Below, piece after piece: positions 49,642 through 59,501 of a stretch of DNA of 64,000 bases. Source of the DNA: Candidatus Bathyarchaeia archaeon (GTDB taxonomy: Archaea; Thermoproteota; Bathyarchaeia; Bathyarchaeales; Bathycorpusculaceae). A program made the position numbers and the translations under genes. The stretch's first letter is position 1, and every line of letters begins with the position of its first letter. The stretch spans positions 1 to 64,000 of the forward strand of contig JAVZLM010000009.1 of NCBI GenBank assembly GCA_038883775.1. Reading direction: 5' to 3'. A model generated the notes under the pieces. The model worked only from the letters and a program-made list of their open reading frames with translations, had not been told where the DNA came from and did no database searches.

Positions 49642-50634
49642 TTACAAGTCATAGACTAAGCCTGGAATTCTTGGAAATGGTTGGGTTTCCCCTATATGTT
49701 TTGCTCCTACTATCCATGCAACCAGCCTTTCCACCCCTATACCAGCACCAGCTGAGGGCTTTAACCTTCCTTCTTTAGCCAATTGCAGCAATATCCTATA
49801 GTTTTCTTTTTTAATCTTGTCTCTTTCCATTTTCTTGATTATTTTCTCGTATTCCCATTCTCTTCTTCCACCAGATAGTACTTCGCCATATTTGGGGAGG
49901 AGTAAATCATAGTTGTCCCATGTGCCGCTTTCAAAGTCTTCGAAGTCGTAGAATTCTCTTGGGATATTTGTTATCCATACTGGATGTTTGATTTCTTTTA
50001 ATAGCCATTTTTCCCACGCATGCCCATAGCTTTTTTCAAGTTCTTTTCTGTCGTAAATTTTGAAGTGTGTTTCTGGAATTGTCAGGTCATCGTATTTGCG
50101 GAGATACGTTAATTCTTCTTGCATATTGTTCCGTAAATGGCGTAATAATCCAACAAATATTTTCTCAACGAAGCTTCTGACATCTTCGGATTTAGCTTCT
50201 CTCATTTCGAAGTCCAATTGTGTAAATTCGTATGCGTGGATTCCAGTTTTTGCCCTTTCCGCCCTCTCTATTCTTATGTTTGGAGATAACGTAAACAATT
50301 TTGGATGGACAAGAGATGATGCAACCATTTTCTGAACTATCATACTCAAGTTTGCCCTCACAGTTTCTCCATAAATTTCTACTTCAACCCGCTTATCGAT
50401 TGAAGCATCAAGGTCTGGCCAGAGAGGGTCTGTTGATTTGGAAAATATTACGGGCAACAACCATTCAAAACCCTCTTTGATAAATTCTTCTGTAAGATAT
50501 TTTAAAGCATAAGTCATTACTTTGCCAATACATTGTTTTCTCTCCAGTTCGCTTTTAGAAAGTTGTTCCAAAGGCCTTGGAATCTCGATGAGCCTTTCTT
50601 CCGCAACTGATAAAGGCTTCGGTCTCTTCGCCAT
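49642..50634 (-). CDS. asnA: Archaeal asparagine synthetase A (AsnRS catalytic-core paralogue)
   Basis: STDPLWPD, SPNIRIE, H.YEFTQLDFE, GEVLSGG.RE, AGIGVERL; no anticodon domain. Confidence 0.9.
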   Translation of the reverse strand: MAKRPKPLSVAEERLIEIPRPLEQLSKSELERKQCIGKVMTYALKYLTEEFIKEGFEWLLPVIFSKSTDPLWPDLDASIDKRVEVEIYGETVRANLSMIVQKMVASSLVHPKLFTLSPNIRIERAERAKTGIHAYEFTQLDFEMREAKSEDVRSFVEKIFVGLLRHLRNNMQEELTYLRKYDDLTIPETHFKIYDRKELEKSYGHAWEKWLLKEIKHPVWITNIPREFYDFEDFESGTWDNYDLLLPKYGEVLSGGRREWEYEKIIKKMERDKIKKENYRILLQLAKEGRLKPSAGAGIGVERLVAWIVGAKHIGETQPFPRIPGLVYDL

Positions 50635-50772
50635 CCACTCACCTTAACTTGAATATCACCTGATTTGGGCAAATTTCAAATGTAAATCGCCATTATAAAC
50701 TTTTTATAAAAAATTCTGCAAAATTTTCAAAAAGTTAAATTTTTATATTTAGTTTTTGTAATAATTACAGTT

Positions 50773-51300
50773 ATGGAAGCGAAACTCGACGAGAAGGATT
50801 TTGCCATTCTCTCAATAATCCAAAATAATTGTAAACTTACCGCAAGAGAAATTGCAAGAAAAATAGATTCGCCAATTACCACTGTTTTCGCAAAAATAAA
50901 ACGAATGGAAGAGATGGGCATAATAAAAGATTATAGGGCAATCTTAGATTCGCAGAAGCTTAACAGCGGAACAACAGCTTTCATCCTCGCCTCAGTCTCC
51001 TACAGAACAAAGGATGATGCTACTTTGATTTCGCAAAGAGAAATCGCCGGGGAAATCGCCAAGTTTCCAGAAGTTCAAGAAGTGCACATTATAACGGGGG
51101 ATTGGGATTTGCTGATAAAGATTAAGGCTGAGAATGTTGATGTTATAGGGAAGTTTGTTATTGACAAGTTGAGGCTTGTTAGGGGCATAGAGAAAACTTT
51201 GACGTGTATGGTTTTTGAAACTTGTAAAGAAACAACAGAGATACCAATCATGTTAAGGAAGAAAACAAGTAAATTAGAAGAAATAAAACATCAAAAATAA
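50773..51300 (+). CDS. Lrp/AsnC family transcriptional regulator
   Basis: LDEKD..IL HTH; PEVQEVHIITGDWDLLIK. Confidence 0.95.
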   Translation: MEAKLDEKDFAILSIIQNNCKLTAREIARKIDSPITTVFAKIKRMEEMGIIKDYRAILDSQKLNSGTTAFILASVSYRTKDDATLISQREIAGEIAKFPEVQEVHIITGDWDLLIKIKAENVDVIGKFVIDKLRLVRGIEKTLTCMVFETCKETTEIPIMLRKKTSKLEEIKHQK

Positions 51301-51328
51301 AGGCGAAAAGGTTATGTTGTTTTCATCG

Positions 51329-51763
51329 TTATGAAGTTGAACTGCTTGAGTAATACAGTAATGGCAGCGCCAGAAGTGCTGTATTTCTTCCTTTCTTTGT
51401 AAGAAAATATTTTACTCTTAAAGGTGGTCCAGCCTCCACATTCCTTTCAACGTAACCATATTTTGTCAAACCTTTCAATTTATCTGATAAAGTGCGTGAG
51501 TTTACGCCGAGAATATTTTTCAGTTCGTTGAAGCTACAGGTAATTTTTAAGAAGAGAGTATATAATATTTCGAGGTTCCATTTTTGGGATAGTAAGTTGA
51601 AGCTTTCTTCGAGGCTTTGTATGTCTTCCTTTAAATCATTTAGACTTATTTTTTGGCTTTCTAGTATGCGTCTAAGAGTGTCTTCTATTCCTTTAAGTGT
51701 TCTCTCAACCCGTTCTTCCACAAGTATGCGAAGTTCGCTGCTCATTGTTGTTTCGGGGTTCAT
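51329..51763 (-). CDS. HxlR-family wHTH regulator
   Basis: KWNLEIL, FNEL, RTLSDKLK.L, PP.RV.Y.LT.KG. Confidence 0.9.
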   Translation of the reverse strand: MNPETTMSSELRILVEERVERTLKGIEDTLRRILESQKISLNDLKEDIQSLEESFNLLSQKWNLEILYTLFLKITCSFNELKNILGVNSRTLSDKLKGLTKYGYVERNVEAGPPLRVKYFLTKKGRNTALLALPLLYYSSSSTS

Positions 51764-51866
51764 TTGTTTACACCAAGTGTGGTGTGGCTTACTTTAGGAT
51801 TTATAAAGGTTTACTTATACAACAAGGTATAAAAAGTATATCTAATCCAAGGAGAGATGCAAAGCC

Positions 51867-53228
51867 TTGGAAAAGTTTGATGCAATTGTAGTGGGAGCTG
51901 GAACGGGTGGCTGTTTAGCTGCAAAAACCATGGCTGAAGCCGGCTTAAAAGTTTGTTTAGTAGAGAGAAAGAGGAGGGAGGAGATTGGAGAGAAAATATG
52001 CGGAGACGCTCTTGGAGAGCATCACTTGAAAAGTTTGGGCTTAGAAAAACCGCAGAGCGGCGAACTTGAAAAAAGAATAGAGGGCATCAAGATTTACTCG
52101 CCAGATTTGGAAACAATCTTCACCGTAAAGCATGAGGATTTTGTTGGTTACTTATTGAATAGGCGGCTTTTTGGTCAGTGGCTTTTGAGAAAAGCTCTTG
52201 ATAAAGGCACGGTGCTTTTGGATTCAACACAATGTTTAGAACCCATAATTGAGAAGCATTTTGTGTTTGGAGTTTTTGCAAAGGACTTGAAAAGTGACAG
52301 AAAAATTGAGTTGAAGGGTAAAGTGGTTGTTGATGCAAGCGGTTTCATGGGTGTAGTTAGGCGAAAACTTCCCAAAGAGATGGGAATAGAAAATGAAGTT
52401 GCAAACGAGGACGTGGAAGCGTGCTATAGGGAAATAAGACAGCTTAAACAAGAAACTGACGAGATGAATTACTGTGAAATCTACTTGAATCAAAAGGTAA
52501 CTCCAGGCGGCTACACATGGATTTTCTACAAAAGCAGCGCAAAAGTTAATGCAGGTCTTGGAGTTTGCATGAGAGGCAAGTTTCCAAACCCAAAAAACCA
52601 GTTCTATAAACACATCCTAACAAAACCACTTTTTGAGGGTTCCCTACTTCTAAACGGAGGCGCATGGTATGACCCAACACGCAGACCATTAGACAACATG
52701 GTTGGAAACGGGGTAGCCATCATAGGCGATGCAGCATGCCTCGTAAACCCAATTCACGGAGGCGGAATAGGTCCCTCAATGCTAAGCGGTTACCTCGCTG
52801 GACAAGCAATAGTTAAAGCTTTGGAAAAGGGCGATGTAAGCCAAAAGTCTTTGTGGTCGTATAATGTGGAGTATATGAAGAAATATGGGACGAAACAGGC
52901 GGGACTTGATGTTTTTCGCATATTGCTTTTGACTTGTCATGATGACGATTTAAACTATGGAATGAAGTATAAACTGTTGACTGAAGAGGATGTTTTAAAG
53001 GCTGGTTTAGGCGAAGAATTCCACCTTAAAATAACTGAAACTGCCAAACGAGTTTTCAGAGGGTTGAAGAGGATACGTTTTCTTAATAGGCTTAGGCTTA
53101 CAGTTAACCTCATGAACCATGTTAAAGAACATTACCGAAACTATCCAGAAAATCCTGAAAACTTCAGAGAATGGCAAATGAAAACACAAGCCTTGTTTAA
53201 AGAAGCTAAATCTAAACTGTTGGAGTAA
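51867..53228 (+). CDS. Geranylgeranyl reductase family (DGGGPL reductase-like)
   Basis: GAGTGG, K.CGDA, PGGYTWIF, IGDAA..VNPIHGGGI. Confidence 0.9.
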   Translation: MEKFDAIVVGAGTGGCLAAKTMAEAGLKVCLVERKRREEIGEKICGDALGEHHLKSLGLEKPQSGELEKRIEGIKIYSPDLETIFTVKHEDFVGYLLNRRLFGQWLLRKALDKGTVLLDSTQCLEPIIEKHFVFGVFAKDLKSDRKIELKGKVVVDASGFMGVVRRKLPKEMGIENEVANEDVEACYREIRQLKQETDEMNYCEIYLNQKVTPGGYTWIFYKSSAKVNAGLGVCMRGKFPNPKNQFYKHILTKPLFEGSLLLNGGAWYDPTRRPLDNMVGNGVAIIGDAACLVNPIHGGGIGPSMLSGYLAGQAIVKALEKGDVSQKSLWSYNVEYMKKYGTKQAGLDVFRILLLTCHDDDLNYGMKYKLLTEEDVLKAGLGEEFHLKITETAKRVFRGLKRIRFLNRLRLTVNLMNHVKEHYRNYPENPENFREWQMKTQALFKEAKSKLLE

Positions 53229-53240
53229 TGCTGGGCTCTT

Positions 53241-53912
53241 ATGCGAGTTGCAGTTTTAGCCACCGGCGGAAAAGACTCCACTTTGGCGCTTCAGAAAGTA
53301 TTAAGTCAAGGTTATGAAGTGAAGTGTTTAGTTAGTATGATTCCATTAAGGGAAGACAGTTGGATGTTCCATTACCCAAACATTCGCCTAGTAGACCTAT
53401 TTTCAAAAGCAGTAGAAATCCCACTTGTAAAGGCTGAAACTTCTGGGATTAAAGAAAGAGAAGTTGAAGACCTCAAGCGGGTTATTGAAAAACTTGACAT
53501 TGACGCCATAGTTTCAGGGGCCATAGCCTCCAACTACCAAAAAACAAGAGTTGAAAAAATCTGCCAACAGTTAGAATTGAAATGTTTAACGCCCCTTTGG
53601 CAAAGAAATCCCATAGAAATCTTAGAAGAAATCGTGAACCTTAAATTCCATGTTATCATAACTGGAGTTTACGCTCTTGGCTTTAGCAGAGAATGGCTTG
53701 GAAGGAAAATTGACGAAAAAACAATAAAAGCCTTAAAAGAATTGAATAGGCAGTATGGCGTTTCAATTGTTGGTGAAGGGGGAGAATATGAGACTCTAGT
53801 GCTTGACGCACCATTCTTCAAAAAAAGAATAAAAATTGTTGAAGCAGAAAAAATTTGGAAAAACCAAACAGGCTACATTCTTATTACAAGTGCAAGACTT
53901 GAAAGCAAATGA
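53241..53912 (+). CDS. dph6: Diphthine-ammonia ligase
   Basis: TGGKDS, SWMFH, SGAIAS.YQ, PLW, GEGGEYETLVLDAP.F. Confidence 0.9.
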   Translation: MRVAVLATGGKDSTLALQKVLSQGYEVKCLVSMIPLREDSWMFHYPNIRLVDLFSKAVEIPLVKAETSGIKEREVEDLKRVIEKLDIDAIVSGAIASNYQKTRVEKICQQLELKCLTPLWQRNPIEILEEIVNLKFHVIITGVYALGFSREWLGRKIDEKTIKALKELNRQYGVSIVGEGGEYETLVLDAPFFKKRIKIVEAEKIWKNQTGYILITSARLESK

Positions 53913-54036
53913 GCAGAAGCAAACCTTAATTTTTTATTTGTAAAGTGTATGTCTCACATACTTACTCCCTAAAGCCTATTTCTATTTTATTTTAGATTTG
54001 GCGATGAAAAGAAACTCCATGTATTCGCAGACCTAT

Positions 54037-54057
54037 CTAGAGAATTAGATTCTCTAG
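54037..54057. promoter_or_regulatory. Inverted repeat, candidate operator
   Basis: CTAGAGAAT-TAG-ATTCTCTAG, ~30 nt upstream of the probable ATG at 54087. Confidence 0.4.
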
Positions 54058-54086
54058 TGAAGGATGGAGGAAATAGAGAGATAAGT

Positions 54087-54626
54087 ATGAGAAAATACAT
54101 AACCATACGCAGCATAGAAGTGCATGTAGGCTTTATTATTATGTTCCTTATTGTTATATTGCTCTCTTGTGCTTTAGCTACGGTGTACTACACTAAAACC
54201 ATTGATCATCGAGCGAGCATAACAACTGATGGAAAGATACAAGCTTATTTAGACGCCCAATGCAGTCAGATATTAGATAGTCATGATTGGAGTACTTTCA
54301 ATACGTCTTCTGGAGATGAATCAAGGTTCTTAGATTTTTACCTTAAGAATGAGGGCAATGTGGAAGTAAATGTCACATGGATAGCTCTAAATTTTACAAT
54401 TTATAATGCGACGGAAATACGGTACGAAACTCAGTACTGGGAATTATATCTGGTCACTGTGGATGGAAGCGAGGTGAAAATTAGACCAGAAAATGACACC
54501 ACTCCAGATAAACTGCATTTATCTCCAGGACAAGCAGTTCATCTTAGATTCTACCTTACAGCTAAACAGAACAGCCCTCCCGATGATTTTACATTTTCAA
54601 CATCCTTTCATTCAAAAGATGATTAG
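54087..54626 (+). CDS. Exported beta-sandwich protein (possibly TasA/AbpA-related)
   Basis: N-terminal TM/signal, DW, FYLKNEGNV.V, LSPGQ.V.L.F.L. Confidence 0.7.
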   Translation: MRKYITIRSIEVHVGFIIMFLIVILLSCALATVYYTKTIDHRASITTDGKIQAYLDAQCSQILDSHDWSTFNTSSGDESRFLDFYLKNEGNVEVNVTWIALNFTIYNATEIRYETQYWELYLVTVDGSEVKIRPENDTTPDKLHLSPGQAVHLRFYLTAKQNSPPDDFTFSTSFHSKDD

Positions 54627-54712
54627 GAATCGCTTCTTCCTAAAGAGCGCATTTTATAGCTACTAAGCGTGAGCTTTATAGTTTTCAACGTGCATTTATT
54701 TTTGGGAGCCTT

Positions 54713-55948
54713 ATGGTTGAAGAAAACGACATAATAGAATTTCTCAAGGGTCATGAGGGAAAAGCATCCTTAAATGATATAGCAACAGGTTTGGGAATAC
54801 CAAAGTATGGACCAAACTCAGCTTATGCCCTTTTACAATCCCTGAAAAATAAGGGGGTCGTGGAACGCCGTGGCGAACTCTGGACGCTTATTATGGAGGA
54901 AGTTAAGCTAAAAGAAAAGGCTGCAGCGCCCGCGCAAGCACCCTCAGCGGCTGTGGAAAAGGAGGCGGCTATGCCAGATGTTGAAAAGATTATGAAAGCC
55001 ATGGCGAAAACTATCACTGAAGCCATGAAAGGCGCCCAAGTTCCGCCAGACGAGTGGGAATTGGCAACCAAACCAATGACAACAAAAATTGAAAGAAAAG
55101 AGGAAAAGCTAAGCGCTTTTGTATTAAGGCCAGATGAGGCTGTGGAAGCCAAAAAACCCTTATTAGGATTTCCAACAGGCACATATATAGACTATTTCTT
55201 CCTAACGCCGGAAGGAAAACCCCTCAATGGACTGCCAATTTGTGGGCAATTTGCCATAACAGGCTTGCCAGGAGCTGGAAAATCAATTCTTGTTGAAGAA
55301 ATAGCCGTGAGGGTGGCGGCTTCTGGAAGAAAAGTGCTTTATGCTACAGCGGAGGACACTTGGAAAAGCGCTACTCCACGCTTTGACTTACAATCACGCT
55401 TAAAACAGAAAGCGGAAATTTTGGGTTTAGACTGGAATAAAATACGCGAAAATCTTTTCGTGCTTGACACGGTGGCTTATCCTGAACTTCGCGACTGGAG
55501 CACTTTTGCGGAAACGTATCGTTACGTTGCGGAGAAGGAAAAGATAGAATTAGCAATAATTGATTCTGTTACTGTTCTTGAAGCTTATCGTGGAGCACTA
55601 AAATATCGTGTCATGGAACTAGCCAGATACAACCAAGTCCACGGCATAACAGCCCTATACGTTAACCAGCGAAGCTCTGAAGTTTGGGACAGCTATGACA
55701 TGGCTGGTGGAATAGGTTTAGCCCACAACCTAGACGGAACAATAATAGTGGATTATGGGCGTGTTTATTGGCAAGACCAGCAAGTGGATTTAGCCGTTAA
55801 CAGAGGCGAATTCGTCCGCATCTCACGAGTCTTAGATTGTAGAATGTGCAATTTTGAGAGGAGAAGAATAAAGGTTGACATAACACCCGACGGCTTTCTA
55901 AGAGCCATGGAGCCCATACCAAAGGTGGAAGCAACAAAACAGCAGTGA
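54713..55948 (+). CDS. KaiC/RAD55-like RecA-superfamily ATPase with N-terminal wHTH
   Basis: wHTH (first ~60 aa), Ala/Pro/Glu linker, GLPGAGKS, AE, IIDS, NQ, H.LDGTI. Confidence 0.85.
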   Translation: MVEENDIIEFLKGHEGKASLNDIATGLGIPKYGPNSAYALLQSLKNKGVVERRGELWTLIMEEVKLKEKAAAPAQAPSAAVEKEAAMPDVEKIMKAMAKTITEAMKGAQVPPDEWELATKPMTTKIERKEEKLSAFVLRPDEAVEAKKPLLGFPTGTYIDYFFLTPEGKPLNGLPICGQFAITGLPGAGKSILVEEIAVRVAASGRKVLYATAEDTWKSATPRFDLQSRLKQKAEILGLDWNKIRENLFVLDTVAYPELRDWSTFAETYRYVAEKEKIELAIIDSVTVLEAYRGALKYRVMELARYNQVHGITALYVNQRSSEVWDSYDMAGGIGLAHNLDGTIIVDYGRVYWQDQQVDLAVNRGEFVRISRVLDCRMCNFERRRIKVDITPDGFLRAMEPIPKVEATKQQ

Positions 55949-55957
55949 AATTGCAAT

Positions 55958-57754
55958 ATGTCAACAGTCAAACCGCCTTCCTTCGAAGAACTTGTTAAGG
56001 CATATGGCTCGCCAAGAAAAGCGGTGCTTCACTTAATAGAAGTTGGGTTTTCACCAGAACAGATGACATGGAAAATTGGAATACCATATCATCGCATATG
56101 GCTCTACATGGAAGGAATAGAACCAAAAATAGTAGTGCCATTTTCAAAAATCGTGGAAGTTTACGAACGCCTCGCAGTCTTACGCGGAAAAAAGGGAAAA
56201 GAAACCGAACTAACAAAATTTTTCCAAAATGAAGATTTGCCCTTAGGAATTAAAGCACGCTTCGCCCTTGGAACAATAACAGAAGAGAGCCTAAAGATTG
56301 GACCTGGTTTAATTGAAAGGAGCATAAGCCTAGCCACTGACACCCCGCTAAGTGATGTTAGAAAACTTTTAATAGATTATGGAGAACACGGCGAAGTTGC
56401 ATACTTGCTAAAAAAGCCTAAAAATCCAGAATTAACCGTTGGAGAAATCTATGAAGCCATTAAATTTTTGCCAAAATTGGAAAGGATTATGGAACGAGAA
56501 CTTTACATCTCAAGTCTTCTGCGAATAAGCACGCCAACAGAAGCAAAATACATCGTCAGGCTTCTTCTTGGAGATTTAAAACTCGGCTATTACGCCAGCA
56601 CAGTTGTTAGAGCTGTGGCAAGAGCCTACGGAGTGCCGCCCCAACTAATTGAAAATGCCTCCGCCATATTGGGGTTACCAGAAGCCATGACACTGGCATC
56701 GGAAGGAGCGCTTAAACTTTCAGAGGTTAAAATGCGCCCCGGACAATTCATTAAACCCCAACTTGCTCACCTTTACGAGCCAGACAAAGTGGTTTATCCA
56801 GCCAGAGCAGAGTATAAACTGGATGGAAGCAGACTTCAAATCCATAAGTGGGGCACCCAAATTTGGCTTTACTCAAGACGGGGCGTTGAAAAATCCCAAA
56901 CGCTGCCCGAAATAGTGCAAATAGCTGAAAATTTTAAGGCGCAAAGCTGCATTGTGGACAGCGAAGTCATAGCCACGGACGATTCTGGAAATCCCCTACC
57001 ATTCCAAACATTGCTTGAAAGGACAGTCCCAAGAGAACTCACACCAGAAGAACTGGAAGAGAGAAAAAGAAAAGTTAAGGTTACCATTAAAGCCTTTGAC
57101 ATACTATTCCTAAACGGTCAAGAACTTGTGAACTTGCCCCTTTCAAGTAGACGAAAATACCTCTTAGAAGTTGTCCCAACAGAATATATTGTGGAAGGTG
57201 TTGACTGCCAAAGCGAAGTTGAGCTTATGCGCTTTTACGAAGAAGCTCTAAAGAAAAAATTTGAAGGAATAGTTGTAAAAAACTTGAGTTCGCCATACGA
57301 AATTGGACAACGCACGTACACATGGCTTAAACTTAAACCAGAACGAGACACAATAGACTGCACAATAGTAAAAGCCCTCTACGGAAAGGGCAGAAGGGCA
57401 GGCCTATACTCATCTTTTATGCTTGCAGTCCGCGACCCCACAGAAAAGAAGCTTTACACAATCGGCAAAGTTTCAAACCTACCAGAAGAAACCATGGACG
57501 CCCTAAGAACAATAGTTGAAAACACAAAAACAGGGGAAGATGAAGAAGGTGTATTCGTAAAACCTTCATTGGTGGCTGAGGTTACATATCAAGAAATTCA
57601 AGAAACAGATGAATACACAAGCGGTTTCGCCCTAAGAGTGCCAAAAATCGTTAGATTTAGAATGGACAAAACTGTTAACGAGATGGATAGTATTGAAAAG
57701 TTGAGAAAGCTTTACGAGTTACAGTATGAGCGTTATCCATCAAACACCTTGTAG
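55958..57754 (+). CDS. lig: ATP-dependent DNA ligase with N-terminal HTH-like extension
   Basis: Motif I EYKLDGSR, DSEV, AFDIL, EGIVVK, WLKLK, ALRVPK.VRFR.DK. Confidence 0.93.
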   Translation: MSTVKPPSFEELVKAYGSPRKAVLHLIEVGFSPEQMTWKIGIPYHRIWLYMEGIEPKIVVPFSKIVEVYERLAVLRGKKGKETELTKFFQNEDLPLGIKARFALGTITEESLKIGPGLIERSISLATDTPLSDVRKLLIDYGEHGEVAYLLKKPKNPELTVGEIYEAIKFLPKLERIMERELYISSLLRISTPTEAKYIVRLLLGDLKLGYYASTVVRAVARAYGVPPQLIENASAILGLPEAMTLASEGALKLSEVKMRPGQFIKPQLAHLYEPDKVVYPARAEYKLDGSRLQIHKWGTQIWLYSRRGVEKSQTLPEIVQIAENFKAQSCIVDSEVIATDDSGNPLPFQTLLERTVPRELTPEELEERKRKVKVTIKAFDILFLNGQELVNLPLSSRRKYLLEVVPTEYIVEGVDCQSEVELMRFYEEALKKKFEGIVVKNLSSPYEIGQRTYTWLKLKPERDTIDCTIVKALYGKGRRAGLYSSFMLAVRDPTEKKLYTIGKVSNLPEETMDALRTIVENTKTGEDEEGVFVKPSLVAEVTYQEIQETDEYTSGFALRVPKIVRFRMDKTVNEMDSIEKLRKLYELQYERYPSNTL

Positions 57755-57765
57755 AACTTTAATAG

Positions 57766-58506
57766 TTAAATTTCTCGCCATCTTGCCTTAGCCGCCGTTA
57801 TAACAGCAAAAACCACCGTGCTAACCATCAGAATTAACCATCTAGCTATAACCATCTCAAAAGGCAAGTTTAAGGAAACCGAATACACTCTAATTAGACT
57901 AGCTGCATTGGATGTTGGAAAAACTGCAGATATCCAGCTAAAATTTCCCAAGATTTCTTCTGGATAGTATACTGGTGGAATAAAACACAATGCTATGCCA
58001 AGAATATTGGAAATGTTGTTTAGCGTGTATGTGCTTGCCTTCTGAAGGTAAGTAGAAATTAGGAAACCAGCACTGCTTACGGTTGCCCAGCACAGAATTA
58101 ATGCTATCGCCGTCCATAATAAAGAGTATGGCGTTAATGCACCTAGCCATAAGGCCATAACTTCAAAAAAGATTAAGCTTGGTATGGAAAGGATTAGGGG
58201 TGCTAAGGCTATTCCTAAGGCGTATGATATGGGATGAACCGGCATAGCGACAATCATTTCTCTTATTTTTACATACCTATCCCATGACATTTCTTGGATG
58301 GCAGCATTAATTCCAATGTAACTAACTGTTGAAACCATCGCACCAATTAACCCAAATGTTATTTGTCCACCGAAAATTAAAATAAAATATAGAGGAAGCG
58401 AACTTATGAGTCCTATGACAAAAATGATTAATGGTTGCCTTTTCAGGTCGGGTATGGATTTTAGGGCGGTGATGACGAATATATCTTTTAACATTTTAAG
58501 GTTCAA
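57766..58506 (-). CDS. ABC-2 type transporter permease
   Basis: Six TM, PVYYP motif, coupled to the ATPase. Confidence 0.88.
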   Translation of the reverse strand: MNLKMLKDIFVITALKSIPDLKRQPLIIFVIGLISSLPLYFILIFGGQITFGLIGAMVSTVSYIGINAAIQEMSWDRYVKIREMIVAMPVHPISYALGIALAPLILSIPSLIFFEVMALWLGALTPYSLLWTAIALILCWATVSSAGFLISTYLQKASTYTLNNISNILGIALCFIPPVYYPEEILGNFSWISAVFPTSNAASLIRVYSVSLNLPFEMVIARWLILMVSTVVFAVITAAKARWREI

Positions 58507-59414
58507 TCCATTTCGCCTCCAACAAGACTTACAAAAACATCTTCAAGCGTAACCGGCGCAGTTTCAGCCTTCAAACCCTTTTTAATGGCTTTGCTAACAA
58601 GCTCTACGGCTTCGTCCTCATTTTTTACATAGATTATGTGTTTGTTTCCAAATCTTACTATGTTGTTGCTTTTTTCTGTTAGGCCTAAATCTTTAAGGTT
58701 TCCTTCTATGACAACCCTGAACCTTTCTTTTGCTAAACTTTTTATTTGTTCTGGTGTTCCTTCAGCCACCACAACACCTTTGTGGATTATGGCGAGCCTA
58801 TCCGAAACCATTTCAGCCTCTTCCATAATATGCGTTGTCAAAACTATGGTTTTTCCCTGTTCAACCATTTCCCTTAAAACAGTCCAAACATTTCTTCTTG
58901 CAACAGCATCTAAACCACTTGTTGGTTCGTCAAGCATCAAAACTTCAGCATCAGAAGCCAGAACTGAAGCAATTATTGCACGTCTTCTCTCACCTCCGGA
59001 AAGCGTTGCACATGTTCGATTTCTTAAATCCCAAAGCTCAACAGCTTTCAAAGCCTTTTCAGCTTTCTCTGACACTTTATTTTTTGGTATTCCGCGAAGA
59101 AGCGAAAAGTAATAACAATATTCCCATGGTGTAAAATTGCCATAAGTAGCCACATCCTGCGGAACAACGGCTATATGCTTACGCACTTCATCAGGTTGCG
59201 TTAACACATCATAATCCAAAACATAGGCTTCTCCTTTTGTCGGCAAAAGTTGAGTGGAAACAATTCTGAGGAAAGTTGTTTTGCCCGCGCCGTTTGGACC
59301 CAACAATGTGAAAAGTTCACCTTTCCTTATGGAGATGGATACATTTTTTAAAGCCTCAACTTCTTCCTTGCTATGATAAACCTTGTGAAGGTTTATGGAT
59401 TTTACAACTTCCAT
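58503..59414 (-). CDS. ABC transporter ATP-binding protein
   Basis: GPNGAGKTT, LSGGE, LDEPTSGLD, TTH.MEEAE. Confidence 0.96.
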   Translation of the reverse strand: MEVVKSINLHKVYHSKEEVEALKNVSISIRKGELFTLLGPNGAGKTTFLRIVSTQLLPTKGEAYVLDYDVLTQPDEVRKHIAVVPQDVATYGNFTPWEYCYYFSLLRGIPKNKVSEKAEKALKAVELWDLRNRTCATLSGGERRRAIIASVLASDAEVLMLDEPTSGLDAVARRNVWTVLREMVEQGKTIVLTTHIMEEAEMVSDRLAIIHKGVVVAEGTPEQIKSLAKERFRVVIEGNLKDLGLTEKSNNIVRFGNKHIIYVKNEDEAVELVSKAIKKGLKAETAPVTLEDVFVSLVGGEMD

Positions 59415-59501
59415 TAGGCTTCCCCATATTCTTGAAATAGGATTTGTTGGACACTAAAGTTAAGGTCTCTTGGCAAAAGTGAACACAAACTTGGTCACTT
59501 T

